Of a stretch of 64,000 nucleotides of DNA, positions 41,731 through 53,700 are shown one piece after another. Location of the stretch: NCBI GenBank assembly GCA_043228905.1, contig JBHGNT010000001.1, forward strand, positions 35,030,001 to 35,094,000. The letters are read 5' to 3'. The notes below the pieces were generated by a model. That model had not been told where the DNA came from. It searched no databases and worked only from the letters and a program-made list of their open reading frames with translations. A program made the translations under genes and the position numbers. Numbering within the stretch: the stretch's first letter is position 1; each line of letters opens with the position of its first letter. The stretch is from Azolla caroliniana. Its lineage: Eukaryota; Plantae; Polypodiophyta.

Positions 41731-41914
41731 TACACAGCTATCTCCATAATTTTACATAAAGCTATCTATGGAGATTGTTTTATGTAGCTCTGGAGATATT
41801 TTCAATGATGTTCCATTACAGGATACCATCATGAGTACACAGCTATCTCCATGATTACATAAACTATCTATTGAGATTGTTTTACGTAGTTATTGGGACA
41901 TTTTCAATGATGTT
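41731..41914. repeat. ~105-bp-period direct repeat with internal hairpin potential (2 copies)
   Basis: TACACAGCTATCTCCAT...TACATAAA.CTATCTAT.GAGATTGTTTTA.GTAG...TTTTCAATGATGTT starts at 41731 and 41836. Confidence 0.85.
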
Positions 41915-42329
41915 GGGAGGATATACTTTCCCACCACCCATAGTGCACAACAATATCTACATAAGTACATCATAATATACCAGTCTTCATATGCATGGGA
42001 AGAATGTACAGGTGTTAATATATATATATATACTTGTACACATAGATATTAATATGAACATGCATATTAATACCAAAATACAATCTTCTACATAATATAT
42101 GTTTATTTACATAAAATGTAGAGGTAGCCTTTACATGCCATGGTACACACTGGCTGATAGATATCTAATATGCTTTGTTGTGACGCACTCTTATGTATCA
42201 CTCTTTAAGCCCTATCAGGACAGAGCAAAACGTGGTAAAAATACATCAGGGAGATATCATTCAGAATCTCAAATCTACCTATGGATATATCATGTAAACT
42301 TATAACCCCATAATATAAAACCAAATAAA

Positions 42330-45267
42330 TTACGAACTTTTCACCCAGGGCCATCTCCATCCTGAGTTTTTAGAGGAACCAGAAGATTTGGTTGAGCCTT
42401 TAGCAGCTGGTGATGAAGATGATGTCAATGCACGTCTCTCTGGTTGCGTCTTGCCTACACACACATTTACACACATAAGCCAAGGCAAACCCACATCAAT
42501 GAATACTATCATAGCCTTTTAAATTATTGATCCAATGTTTACCAAAAGTAATATGATTAAATTCAATACCCTAATAGACTTGATTCATTCCAAGAAAAAA
42601 GTACCATTCAATATGATTTAGCTATTCGACAAATGCTTCAAAATAGGAAGGGTTTTTATGTCTTAACACTATTTTTGAAATTTGAAGGTAAATCGAAAGA
42701 TAAAAACATCAAGAAAATTACTCCATCTTTTTCAACACTGAATTCCTTCTCAGAACCTCACCTCTAATACCATGTTCTAGCATTGCGGTGTTACGATTCC
42801 AACTCCACCCTGGAAGAGACTTTTCGGCATGCTGTCTCCATGCCTCATCAAACTCACTTTTCTCCTCTGCAGAGTACAACTTTAAATGTAAGAAATGGGG
42901 CACCATTCTACTCCACTCTCTCGAACAAACAAAAAGCCACTTCCAACCCCAGAAAACATAATTAAAAGCACTTATTGTTACAACTCCACACCTTCAGCAA
43001 GATTGTGCAGTGTCTCAACAAAATTCTCAGACCCTGATACCATATCACGCTTCCGAGTTACAGCATGGCCCTGGAAATTCACGAGGCATAAATGCAGATA
43101 TTAAATCCCTTAACATTTCAATGATCACCAGAAGCACATTGTCTCAACCTTTCCTACGCTCATATGCAGACATAGACAATACACATAAACCCTCTTATCT
43201 CTCATATTGAAGAATAAAAAGCATATCTTTCCTACATAAAGTAGATACAAACAGTTTATATTATTATATACAATGACCTACATTCATATACATATCTCAA
43301 AGTGGCTTGCATTTAAACCTACTTTAATGTAATTTGTAATTCCTACTCTGTAAATGCAGATAAAAATAATCTTCCTCCATGCATCTAAGATTGGCTTGAG
43401 CTTATATGCTTGCTTTATGTACTTAGCAGTTCCTATACTGTAAATGCACACGTAGATACACACAACCAGATATAGAGAGACATGTACTTGTTTAAAACCA
43501 TTATACATACATCTGAAAACCTATAGTTATGCAAACACATCATGAGTACATGTGTACACCTATAGTCATGTGGACACATCATTGATATATGCATACACCA
43601 ATATTTATGCATAGCACATATATGCATATGTAAAAACTATCTGCACATGATTTGTCATCAATACCTTGTTGCCAAGACCGCGCATTATCCGGTTCACTTC
43701 GTGGCCAGCTCTAGAGTCACTTTCTTCATGCGCTTCTTCGATTAGCTGTGCATAGTCATTAAATAAGTGAGTGTGACAAAGTCAGTCCTCGTCATGGAGA
43801 AGAGAGACACACCAAACTTACCCCGTCAGGGCCAGTTCTCCGTGTAGTCGATGATTTATAGTATGTTCCTCCAGGGCCCCCGTAACTCACGGAGGAGAAA
43901 CTGTAACTTTGGCATGTGTCATTTCCCAACCACTCTCTATTACTAAACACTGCTTGGGACACAAACATGCAATATTAATATGTTTTAGATCCATCTTGTT
44001 ACCCAACCACTCTCTATTACTAAACACTGCTTGGGACACAAACATGCAATATTAATATGTTTAAGATCCATCTTGTTCAAATCCATCCATATTTCAACCA
44101 AATTGGTGTGTACACACATCCATCTATCACTATGAAATCATGGATGTACTTCACTTTGAATTCATGGAGGTACATCCCACAATTACAACAGAGCATTGCT
44201 TTGAGAACTCATGGAACAGATCCATCTTGTTCAAATACATTTATCGTATCTTAACCAAATTGGTGTTGTGTACACATATCCATACTATCATTAGAATTCA
44301 TGGAAGTATGTCCCACAATTACAAACACAGCATTCCTTTGAGAATACATGTAATTACTTTCACATGCAACACCTTTTCAAAACCATGAGATACTTCCACA
44401 TGGCATTGAAAGATGAAATATAGCCTGCAATACTTCCAGACAGCATTCCACCATTCCCACATGTCATTCCTTCCCAGACATGAAATGCATTTCTTTTAGA
44501 ATTCCTTTGATCGCATGGTATACATCCACATTTAATTCAACCAGAGACATCTACAACTTCATTTGGATATCTACACTACCCATAGCAACTCGGGCAGTTA
44601 GATAATTTACCTGAACGATTTTGCAATGATGTATTTACAACATCATCATCTGGATGCTCGACAATGGGTTCTTGAGAAGCCTTAGACCTATGGATTGGCA
44701 GCATTTTGTCCTGTTCTTCCAATGATGTTAGCTCCTCGATCACAGGCCCCTTGTTAACTCTCTCCTAAACACATGTCAAGAGATTTTACAAGTCAAGACA
44801 ACAGTCTCAAATACACCAATTGGGGTTACTCTTAACAAAATTCATAAAGACAGATCAATAGGCTAGGTACTAATATTGCATTTCACTCTAAAAACGCAAA
44901 CGCAAATTTGACAAAAACATCTTCCTCTAAAATCACGAGCCAGAAAATTAATAATCAGCACTAACAACTAATAATAAGTAAATAAATACCAATTAAAAAC
45001 TAGACAGCAAAAAATTAAAAGCAAAATATGAACAAAAAGATCATAGGGGAAGTAGAATACCTCATGTGGACCACTCCTCGGGATGCCAAAAGGCCTCCTC
45101 TGATTGAAAGGTTGGAACAGGTCTTGATGCAAAGAGAGAAAACTTTCAATGGGCTCTTTAAAGAATGGGTCATCAAAAGGATCCTCGGCACCAAAGAAAT
45201 CAGAGGAGAACATGTCCTTTTGACCAAAAAGGTGATCATTAGCCTTCCTACTTGATGGCCTCAGCAT
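42330..45267 (-). CDS. Myeloid leukemia factor (MLF)-like protein; 7 coding exons, ~289-292 aa
   Basis: Exons (minus) 45267-45061, 44764-44611, 43949-43822, 43745-43665, 43070-42992, 42866-42762 (or 42771), 42454-42330; phase-consistent. Motifs: DPFDDPFF, GPVIEEL, EPIVEHPDD, SSVSYGGPGGTYYKSSTTRRTGPDG, RIMRGLGNKGHAVTRK, TLHNLAEEE..EFDEAW, LPGW. A 5'UTR intron at 45281-45920 is likely. Confidence 0.88.
43925..44078. repeat. 77-bp tandem duplication spanning an MLF intron/exon boundary
   Basis: CCCAACCACTCTCTATTACTAAACACTGCTTGGGACACAAACATGCAATATTAATATGTTT.AGATCCATCTTGTT starts at 43925 and 44002 and is near identical. Confidence 0.95.
44066..44345. repeat. Diverged ~150-bp intronic tandem duplication
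   Basis: GATCCATCTTGTTCAAAT...AACCAAATTGGTGT...GAATTCATGGA...TCCCACAATTACA...CTTTGAGAA at ~44066 and ~44219. Confidence 0.8.
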
Positions 45268-45995
45268 CTCTTCTTAAATCCTACAATACTGGAGAGATAA
45301 ATTATTTAGATTAGAGCATGGTGATATTCATAGCAAGAGAAAAGATGTCAAATGTCACTCTAGATTTCCATAATTATCATTGCTTAGTAGAATGGCGCAT
45401 TGGGGCATTCACAGTGACAGAGAATATTTCAAATGGGTTCTCTATTTGTCGGTAATTGCTCAGTTTATTTCAAAAATTTCCAAGAAAACCCACTAAACAA
45501 CACATTTTGAGATTGAACTGCGCTTAACTTTGCATCAATTTGATATATAGCAATCGATGATTAATATCCAATTATCTTCTCTACACGTAGAATCCCTAAA
45601 AGAAACCCATAAAAGAACCAAAAAAACTATTTAAAAGGAAGGCCAATAAATAAAATCAACAAATCATATAGCAGGGCAGCATAGAACCCCATAAGAGAAT
45701 CAAAATTGAAAAATTTAGAGAGCTGGAACAGCAGGCGGACAACAGCAAAAAACCGAGAAAACGGATCTGACACAAACTTCCTAGGAAAGAATAGCAAAGA
45801 GAACCTCGGATATAAGAAAGGGAGGGGAGGGAACACAGGAAAGGTAATGGTCAAACGAGTCAGGGATTATCGATGGATGGATGGAAGGAAGGAAGGAAGG
45901 GACATACAGAAAATTCGAACCTGAAGAAGGACGAAGGTTGATGGCGGCGGGTGGAGAGCAGATATATCGGAAGAGACGAGGAAACGCGTATCTTC

Positions 45996-45999
<4 letters not shown>

Positions 46000-46028
<29 letters not shown>

Positions 46029-46425
46029 AAAACTCTATTCTTTATGATAACACACACTCTCTCTGTGTCTCTCTCTCTGTCTCTCTCTCTCAAGCGGCGC
46101 ACTCCTTCTGGCTTAAAAGAGAGGCAGGGCAAGATCATTCTAGAAACTTCTGAAAAGTATATATACATATACATAATATACATATACTTTCTCGATCTCC
46201 GTCTCGATCTTTTTTCTCTTCTTCCTTCTTTTTTTTCTTGGCCTTGGCCTTGGTCTTGGTCTTGGTCTTGGTCTTGGTCTTGGTCTTGGTCTTGGTCTTG
46301 CTTTGGAATCTCTTGGATGAATAACTTCACCACATATATATCATGCTCTCCCCCAATCACACTCCATTCCGTGTCTTCTTCTTCTTCTTCTTCTTCTTCT
46401 TCTTCTTCTTCTTCTTCTTCTTCGA
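46000..46425. repeat. Microsatellite cluster (CTGT)n, (CT)n, (TCTTGG)n, (TTC)n upstream of the MLF-like gene
   Basis: Directly visible. It accounts for the low-complexity ORFs 45860-46798 and 45951-46607. Confidence 0.9.
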
Positions 46426-48999
46426 CGATTGTTGTCATCGTCCATCTTACATTCTTCGCGTACTCTCTTTCCGCTATTGGTGCCATCCGCGCCCATCCAG
46501 CATCCTCTAAATTGACTCTTCTACTCACAAGCATATCAAACACTTTAGTCCTCCTCCTCCTTCCCTTACCTCTTCCTTTTTCCTCCCAAGTCATATGCCG
46601 GCAATAAAATCTCCAAACTTGCTCCTTCTTGATGCCTCCATGCAAACTTCGTGTGAAATGCACACCACTTGTATGCACCAAGCAATAAGAGAATACCCTC
46701 GTGGTGTAGATAAGCTTATACGCAGAACAAGCTCTTTGGACGAACATGGATAGGGATGGGGTGAGTGCCCTCCTCTCACATGAGGGTAATCCAAGCAAAC
46801 ATTACCAATAACATACGGTAAAATACAGAACTCTCCAACATCATATGGAGGCTAACAACGCATCATACTTTTCCAACTACGAGGCATAGCAATACACTCC
46901 TCTTAGGTTGCTTCCATAAATGAGTGGAAGTGAAACCTACCAATCAAAATACCATACAATTTGATAAGGCAAGTGCAAATCTTATATAAAGCAAAGGTTG
47001 TGTAAGAAACAAGTAGAATCTTGCTCTATGTTGTACTTCATTCATCGAGATAGAGCTTCAAATTCCTAATTCTAGTGAAGCTCGAATAAACTTTTAGTAT
47101 ATTCTAGTACATAACCTTGAACATTGTTGATATCTCGTAGAGGATGACTGAGAGAAATCAATGTTATTTGAAAGGAGCGTCTTGAAATATATTCAATGTG
47201 TTTGCACAAAGCTCTGTATCATTCTTCCCTTTCGGAAAGCAAGCGTACTTTTAGTCTCTTCTTACAATTTTCACTTTTCACAACCCAAGGATTGAAAATA
47301 ATTACAACACGTTCATTGGGCGATGTAAAAGAAAAAGGGGAATGGACATGTGTGTGAGGAGACTTGTGTGTGCGCATGTGATGTGTGTGCTTCTTTATTC
47401 ATATGTATGCATGTAAATGTGCATTGGAAGAGGTTGTCCATATGGCAACGTGATGAATAACATTTAATGTTGTGAGGAAAAAGGTCTTGACAACTTGCCA
47501 TTGATGAGGAAGAAGATATTAGCTATGATAAGTATTATGCAATGATTCGTAAGTTCCATGCATGTGTACCATGACCTCATTGTGTATATACATATATGGG
47601 AATATGTTACGAATATATTGCAAGATCTTGAAGTGTCTTGCACAATGAATCTCCATGGTGGACACTAGAAAGTGCCTTGTACAATGGGTCTCATTCAATT
47701 GTAAAACCACCCGATGGAGAGACATCAAAACATAATTGCTAGTTATTGGGCCTAATTTAGACATATTATGTGGGAAATAAACTTGCATACACCAAATTTA
47801 TAAAACCATTCAATAGAGAAACCTTTTAGCTGCATCCTCTAGGTACAATTGACCAATTGAGACGTCACACATGGTGAATAATCATGAAGCTACTCTAATT
47901 ACCAAAATCACAGGCCAATAAAAAAATTGGCACAATAACATGTTGATGGAAGGACAATAAATCGATATAAACAAGAAACAACTCTTTGTAACTATGACTC
48001 CATTTTCATCATAGAAACAACTTCTATCATATTCATTGTCAAGGTAAAGGAATGTAAAACAAAGGAATCATTGAAGTATAAGTACTTGAACATATAAAAT
48101 TCACCCATATGTTGCCTAATTGTTGACTCATAGGGAACACTAGATAATGTAAATGCAATTGATACTTTATATTTACAAGAATTGATGAGCTCATGTAATT
48201 GACATATCCCTTTGTGTGGAGCCACAAATACATTATTGAACATCTCTAATTTTGTCAAATCTCGTGGGATGAAAAGTGTCTTATTGAGTTCAATTAGCAA
48301 ATAGTAGCAACAACTTATGCATTCTTCTTTGAAGAAGCAATGAATATATCATTGGGCATCACTTATAGAAATTAAGCTAATATACATAATGCTCCACAAT
48401 TCCTAGTGGTATCAAGGAGATTAATTGAGCAACAATTTGTCCCACATGATTCATGCATCTATTTGCATATAGGCAATTGAAATGTGGTTCTTTTGAGATG
48501 CAAGCAAATAATCATGCATTCATTTTTAAGAGATAGGGGTCTAAGTGGTCAATCAAGCTAATATAAACATACAATCAAGCCCAATATGCCATGGCATATA
48601 GAGAAATAGGTCTATTTCCCTAAACAACGTTAAAAATATGGTATACCATCAAGCTAAGCCTCTCCACTATGAAGAGGGACAAATGTTATATTAACATCTT
48701 GAAACGGACAAAATATTCTACAATGGCAAAGAAGTTACCTAAGCCAGATGTGATATAATGTTTGATAGCAAATAAAATAAGCCAAACACATTGATCCAAC
48801 ACAAATGCAATAAATACCCTATTGTGAGAGGCTTCGCAGAGCCCATAGTCAGATAGAGAAACAGGAAGCCACCCCTACGGAGCCATAAACACATGACTAA
48901 ATTTAGGAAGGAATCATTGATGCTCACAAAGTTTATTGTTGAACCTTGTAATTGATAGTGCACACTGCACATTGTTACAAAGGGAAATGTATATAGGGA

Positions 49000-51500
49000 T
49001 AAGTGAAGGCCCAAATGTGGGGAAATTGAACTTGAATGTGATTTTGTTTTTGTTTATCTTAAAACATTTTTCCTTGCTTTACTAGTAAATATTTGATTTT
49101 GCTTAACACGAGGTTTCTTGTAATGAAGCATGTACTCCATAACCCACTCCACACCCATTATCTTGATTGGAAGTGCTCTCATCTCCGGAGGTAGGAGCAT
49201 GTATGGCTTATATATTTTGACTTGAAGAACTAGAAAATATCATTGAACATTTTCAAAATCTTCAAAAGTGCACTTAGATATGCTATTGCCACATACCTAA
49301 ACTCGATAGAGAAACATTGGTGTCAACAATGTTGAGAAGTCGAGCTTAACTGCACCTCATGTGTGAACACCCTCGTTGGAGAACGTGAGCAAAAGCCCAC
49401 TTCTATCGTCTTGAGTGTAGGGGAATATATTCTTTGTATTGGATATATGACACGATATCCCCTTGTCCTTCTATCATGAGTGATTGATTTATGATTCTCT
49501 ACCAATATATAAGAGAATTTGTATATAAACTAAGTTCCTTACCATCTCAAGCCTATTGTTGTGAATAATCAAAGCAATAGTGTTGTCAATACTTTGTTGC
49601 CTCATGCAATTTAGCCGATTTAGCCTGAGAAGGTTTTTGGTACATCTTTGAATTATGTGTGGAAAGGGAAAAGTATTGACATGCTTTCCTCAAATCCCCC
49701 TCAAATTGCAATGCCTGAATATAGTAAGGACGCTTTGCAACAAGATATAGGAATGTCGGTTTCTGCTCCATCTATGGAGATTATTCCAGTCATTTCCTCT
49801 CACTCTGCATTGTATGAATGTAGTATGGATGCTTTGCGTAAAGATGTAGGAATGTCAGTTCCCACTTCCTCTTTGGAAATTGTCCCAATGCCAAAACAAG
49901 TTATGACAAAAGTTAGAACGTCAGTTCAAAAAATGATAACCTCTTTTGAACATAAGGGTCCAAAGGTAGATGCTTAATCGTATTCGGCTGTTTTGCAGAC
50001 GAAAGTCGAGCAATCACCTTATGTTATTTCCTCTGCGAAGGATAGTATTGAAGCATTTGGCAATCTTTAAAATAGGGTGCATAAAGACCACGATGTTTTA
50101 TACAAAGATTCCCGTATGGAAAAAAGAATAACAAGAGCAGTAACATATTCTCAAAAGGAGAAACAAGGAGTTTTGACTTATAAGTGGTCTTCTCCCTCTC
50201 ACTCTTAATATGGATTATTTTAACATTATATCTTGGAACCTTCAAGGATTAGGTGTGAGTCATTGTAATTGAGTAAAATGTTACTTGAATCAAGAACTAT
50301 CTTTATCTTCTATCGGTAGACTTGATATGTTATGTTTTCAAGAACGTCATCTTAATTCGCATAGGATGGCATCGATTTGAAATTGATTACATGGTAGTTG
50401 GATTTATGAATGGGTCCCGACTTTTGGACCCTCTGGTACTCAAGGTGGTCTTTGTATCGCTCTTACAATGCAATGTCAGTCTCATGTGCAAGCTAAAGTT
50501 CCTTACCTTGTAATTATGGTCTCATGTTTTTTCACCTAGTTAATCAAACCTCCCTCTCTCTCTTATGCCACCATGCATGAATACATACCTACATATATAT
50601 GCTCAATAGAAAGCTTGTCAAGTACACAACTTTCAAATGACATGTAAAAGAAATTATTTAAATTCCATGTGGATAGAAGCCATGGATAAATGGTTTGGAA
50701 AATGAGATGTATCACGCTTGATTCATGACATGTCCATAGATTCCTCAATGAATGAGGCATTTTTGCAACACCAATCTAGCATGACTTATGAATATATCAT
50801 GACCCTCGTGTTTCAGACATTGTATTACGAATATCATACTAGACTATAAAACATCTTCTTCTCTAAATAGTTAAACATTACTCGTAATACATGTTAGAGC
50901 ACATCCCTTTTTTGCCGTTTACACCATTCCTTCAAATTGACTTAACTTACATTCTCTTTTATGTGAAACAAGCAACCCGGGCACATGTAAGAATGATTCA
51001 TTGACGCATTTTACCATAAACAATCTCAAGAGTAAGAGTGACACTATTTGATACAATGCCATCCATTCAACAACATTTGAATTTTGTCTCCACACAATGT
51101 TAATATTGTCCAAAACTTATAAATATTTCTCACACAATCATAATGTAAGAGGTTAATTACTCAAATTCTTGAACATTAGTAGAGACTACTTGACCTGTAC
51201 ACAATGTGTAAGTATGTTTCACTTTGGTCGCCTGTCATTTTGAACTCTTTGGATGCTTATCAAAATCTAGCTCTATATCTCACACAACTTCGATTACCTC
51301 CATATGTTACATTAGACGCTTGATAAAACGTTACATAACGATAGAGTTTGAGGTTTAATTGTTTATATATCCTATTGTGGAAGAATAAGCTCTCTTCTTG
51401 ATAAGGTTGACCATTGTGGATGCAAAGAGGTTATAGAGCCCTCGATGAAATCATTATCGATACAAATATGCAAATGAGTAAGAGCCATAACATCTGTGCG
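49000..51500 (+). mobile_element. Decayed L1 LINE: ORF1 relic followed by the endonuclease start
   Basis: GNIFFVLD (~49420; ORF1 IG..L.VD-like), a Cys-rich knuckle-like stretch (~49580-49610), then IISWNLQGLG at ~50226-50255 (SWNVRGL start of ORF2) and NQEL (LQET-like, ~50290). Confidence 0.6.
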
Positions 51501-52079
51501 TTGTGAATACATATTAATCATGAGTAAATGAAGAGAAGGAATGTCACAAAATCACCATCACCAATATTTGAATGACTAGTTACCTCTTTAGCAAAAAGAG
51601 TTGGATAAAAACAACTTCACAAATTGGAAATACAATACAAGTCAATTCCTTGTCAGTAAACGGATATTAGGGTTGGACCAAAATCATCAAATGTTGAACA
51701 TAAGGTGTTGAAACAAAGAGCCAACCATGTTAGTATTTTCCACTCATATGTATGCAAGATCACAGGTTGGGATAGATGCATGATGCTAGACTGAGCAGTA
51801 TTTTGCCACCAACACAAATGCCCACAAGCTTCAACTAAGGTAGGAACTAAACAATATGCAACAAAAAAGAATGTTTATCAATAAATACACCTTGATAAAA
51901 ACTCTCGTGGCTCACTATCCTCAATTGATGCAAGAGTCACTAGCAAGAGATGGTGCAAATAATTTCATTCTATTTTCAACTAAAACAAAACAATAGAATA
52001 AGATTATTATAATCATTGTTTTACTTTTACAAATTAAATTTACTATTTCAGTATTTTTTTTAAGGCTCACCAAAGCACA

Positions 52080-52260
52080 CTTGGTAAAGTTCAAGGCTTG
52101 CCAAAATTCACTTGTAGAAATTGGGGCTTCATTGAAAATTTGGCTTCGCTACCGAAATCTTGGTTATGCCGAAGTTCAAGCTTCACCAAAATTCTGGCTT
52201 CGCCGAAGCTCGACCTTTGTTGTCGTATTGGCTTTGCTTCAAAGTGGAGATTGCCCTTCC
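52080..52260. repeat. Short degenerate tandem motifs (GGCTTCGCC/GCCGAAG), transposon subterminal-like
   Basis: Repeated GCTTC(G/A)C..AAA.TT and GCCGAAG units. Confidence 0.4.
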
Positions 52261-52472
52261 CAAAAATTTAGGACTAGGTCCAAAATTTGAAAGTCAATAT
52301 GTCTTAAATTCGATGAGGTGGATGTTGCCTCAAGGAACGTGTATTGGCGACTGTTTTGCAATTGAATTGGTCTTTAACTTTTTAACAAATACTCCAGTAC
52401 TTTGTCAAGAATTGTTTTTTGGGGATTTACTCAACTAACTGCACAAGAGTTAATGAATAAATCAACACAAAA

Positions 52473-52476
<4 letters not shown>

Positions 52477-52520
<44 letters not shown>
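52477..52520. repeat. (GA)n microsatellite
   Basis: Directly visible. Confidence 0.95.
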
Positions 52521-52524
<4 letters not shown>

Positions 52525-52799
52525 TAGAATATAATGGAGTAGATTTTTTTATCATCCATGAGGAGGCCAATTTTGACAAATAAACTTATCACCTTGGATG
52601 TGACTCTTTTATAACACAGGGGTTACTACACGGTAGTAAAAATTATCCATGTGAAAATAATTCACGTACGTATACGGTATGTGCTCAACTTTCTTAGTGG
52701 AAATTTGAGTATGACAAATATCATGCCCGTCTAACAAGTCATCATAGGGAGCGGGATAGAATTGACAATTTAAAGGAATAACTAAAAATCTAAAAACAT

Positions 52800-53700
52800 T
52801 TCCTATTGATAATAAGAAAAAAGAAAAAGAAAAAATAGTGCATTACACATATAGTGTAAAAATTGTATATATGCTTCTTTCACTACCAGTGTTTTGTACA
52901 TTGCATGAGCTTACAAAAAGAGCAATCATAAGTTTGTTAGCAACCATTGACTCCTTGGCAACGACACCAAATGTTAAGTTAATTATTGAAACCGCCCACT
53001 TGACATACGATAGGAATATACATCATTGGTTTAATGCTATAGGAATTGGGTGAGCAAACACCCTATTGTTGGCAAGAGAGCCAAAAAAGGGTGCTTTAGA
53101 ATATGCCGACAAAGGGAGCTTGCTCAATGAGCCGTCATTCCTAACCCCACTCCATCAAATACAAATTAAAGTTAGAACACATGTGATCAAAGGCAGATGT
53201 GCACAAGAAATCAATAATGACAACATGCTCTTATTAAACAAGAGAAAAACATACCACACTAATTTTGGATTAAGTCATCGATTAAGACAAGGTCAATGTT
53301 TTTTGGGGGAGAGAATAGAGTAGAATGTTTATTGCCCACAAGAAGACCAATTTTGACCAATGGAACCAATCTCTATGGGAAAATAATGCAACAACTTATT
53401 TCCCCGCCCTTCTTGATGGAGATTTGAAGTATGCCATGGAAATTATCATGCTCGTCTAACAAGTCACCCCTCGTAAATTATCCTATATGTCGAGTATTCA
53501 AGAAATAAGTGACATTCATCATGTGCTAGGTTTTCATTACATTATGCATATTCTCATATTACTTGTAATTCCTCCTTTATATGGTAGATTTTGGGTGAAT
53601 CTTTGTAAACTTTGAGGAATACTAATTCAGAATCCTAAATTTCAGCCATTTGGCAATAATCTCTCCTTGGTTATTTCCCAACAAGTAAGGGGACTTTTGC
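52800..53700 (-). mobile_element. Decayed LINE RT core
   Basis: Minus strand SAFDHMCSNFNLYLMEWG*G (~53140-53200; KAFDRV.W.FL...GFG-like), followed by QQ*GCLL (~53050-53072; RQGCPLS-like). Confidence 0.6.

Noticed and set aside
45860-46798. Overlapping long ORFs (312 aa minus, 218 aa plus) with poly-E, DQ, WS and poly-S runs
   Set aside because: The frames stay open because of (TTC)n, (TCTTGG)n and (CT)n microsatellites in the MLF promoter/leader. No domain is recognisable, and the distal part may be TE-derived.
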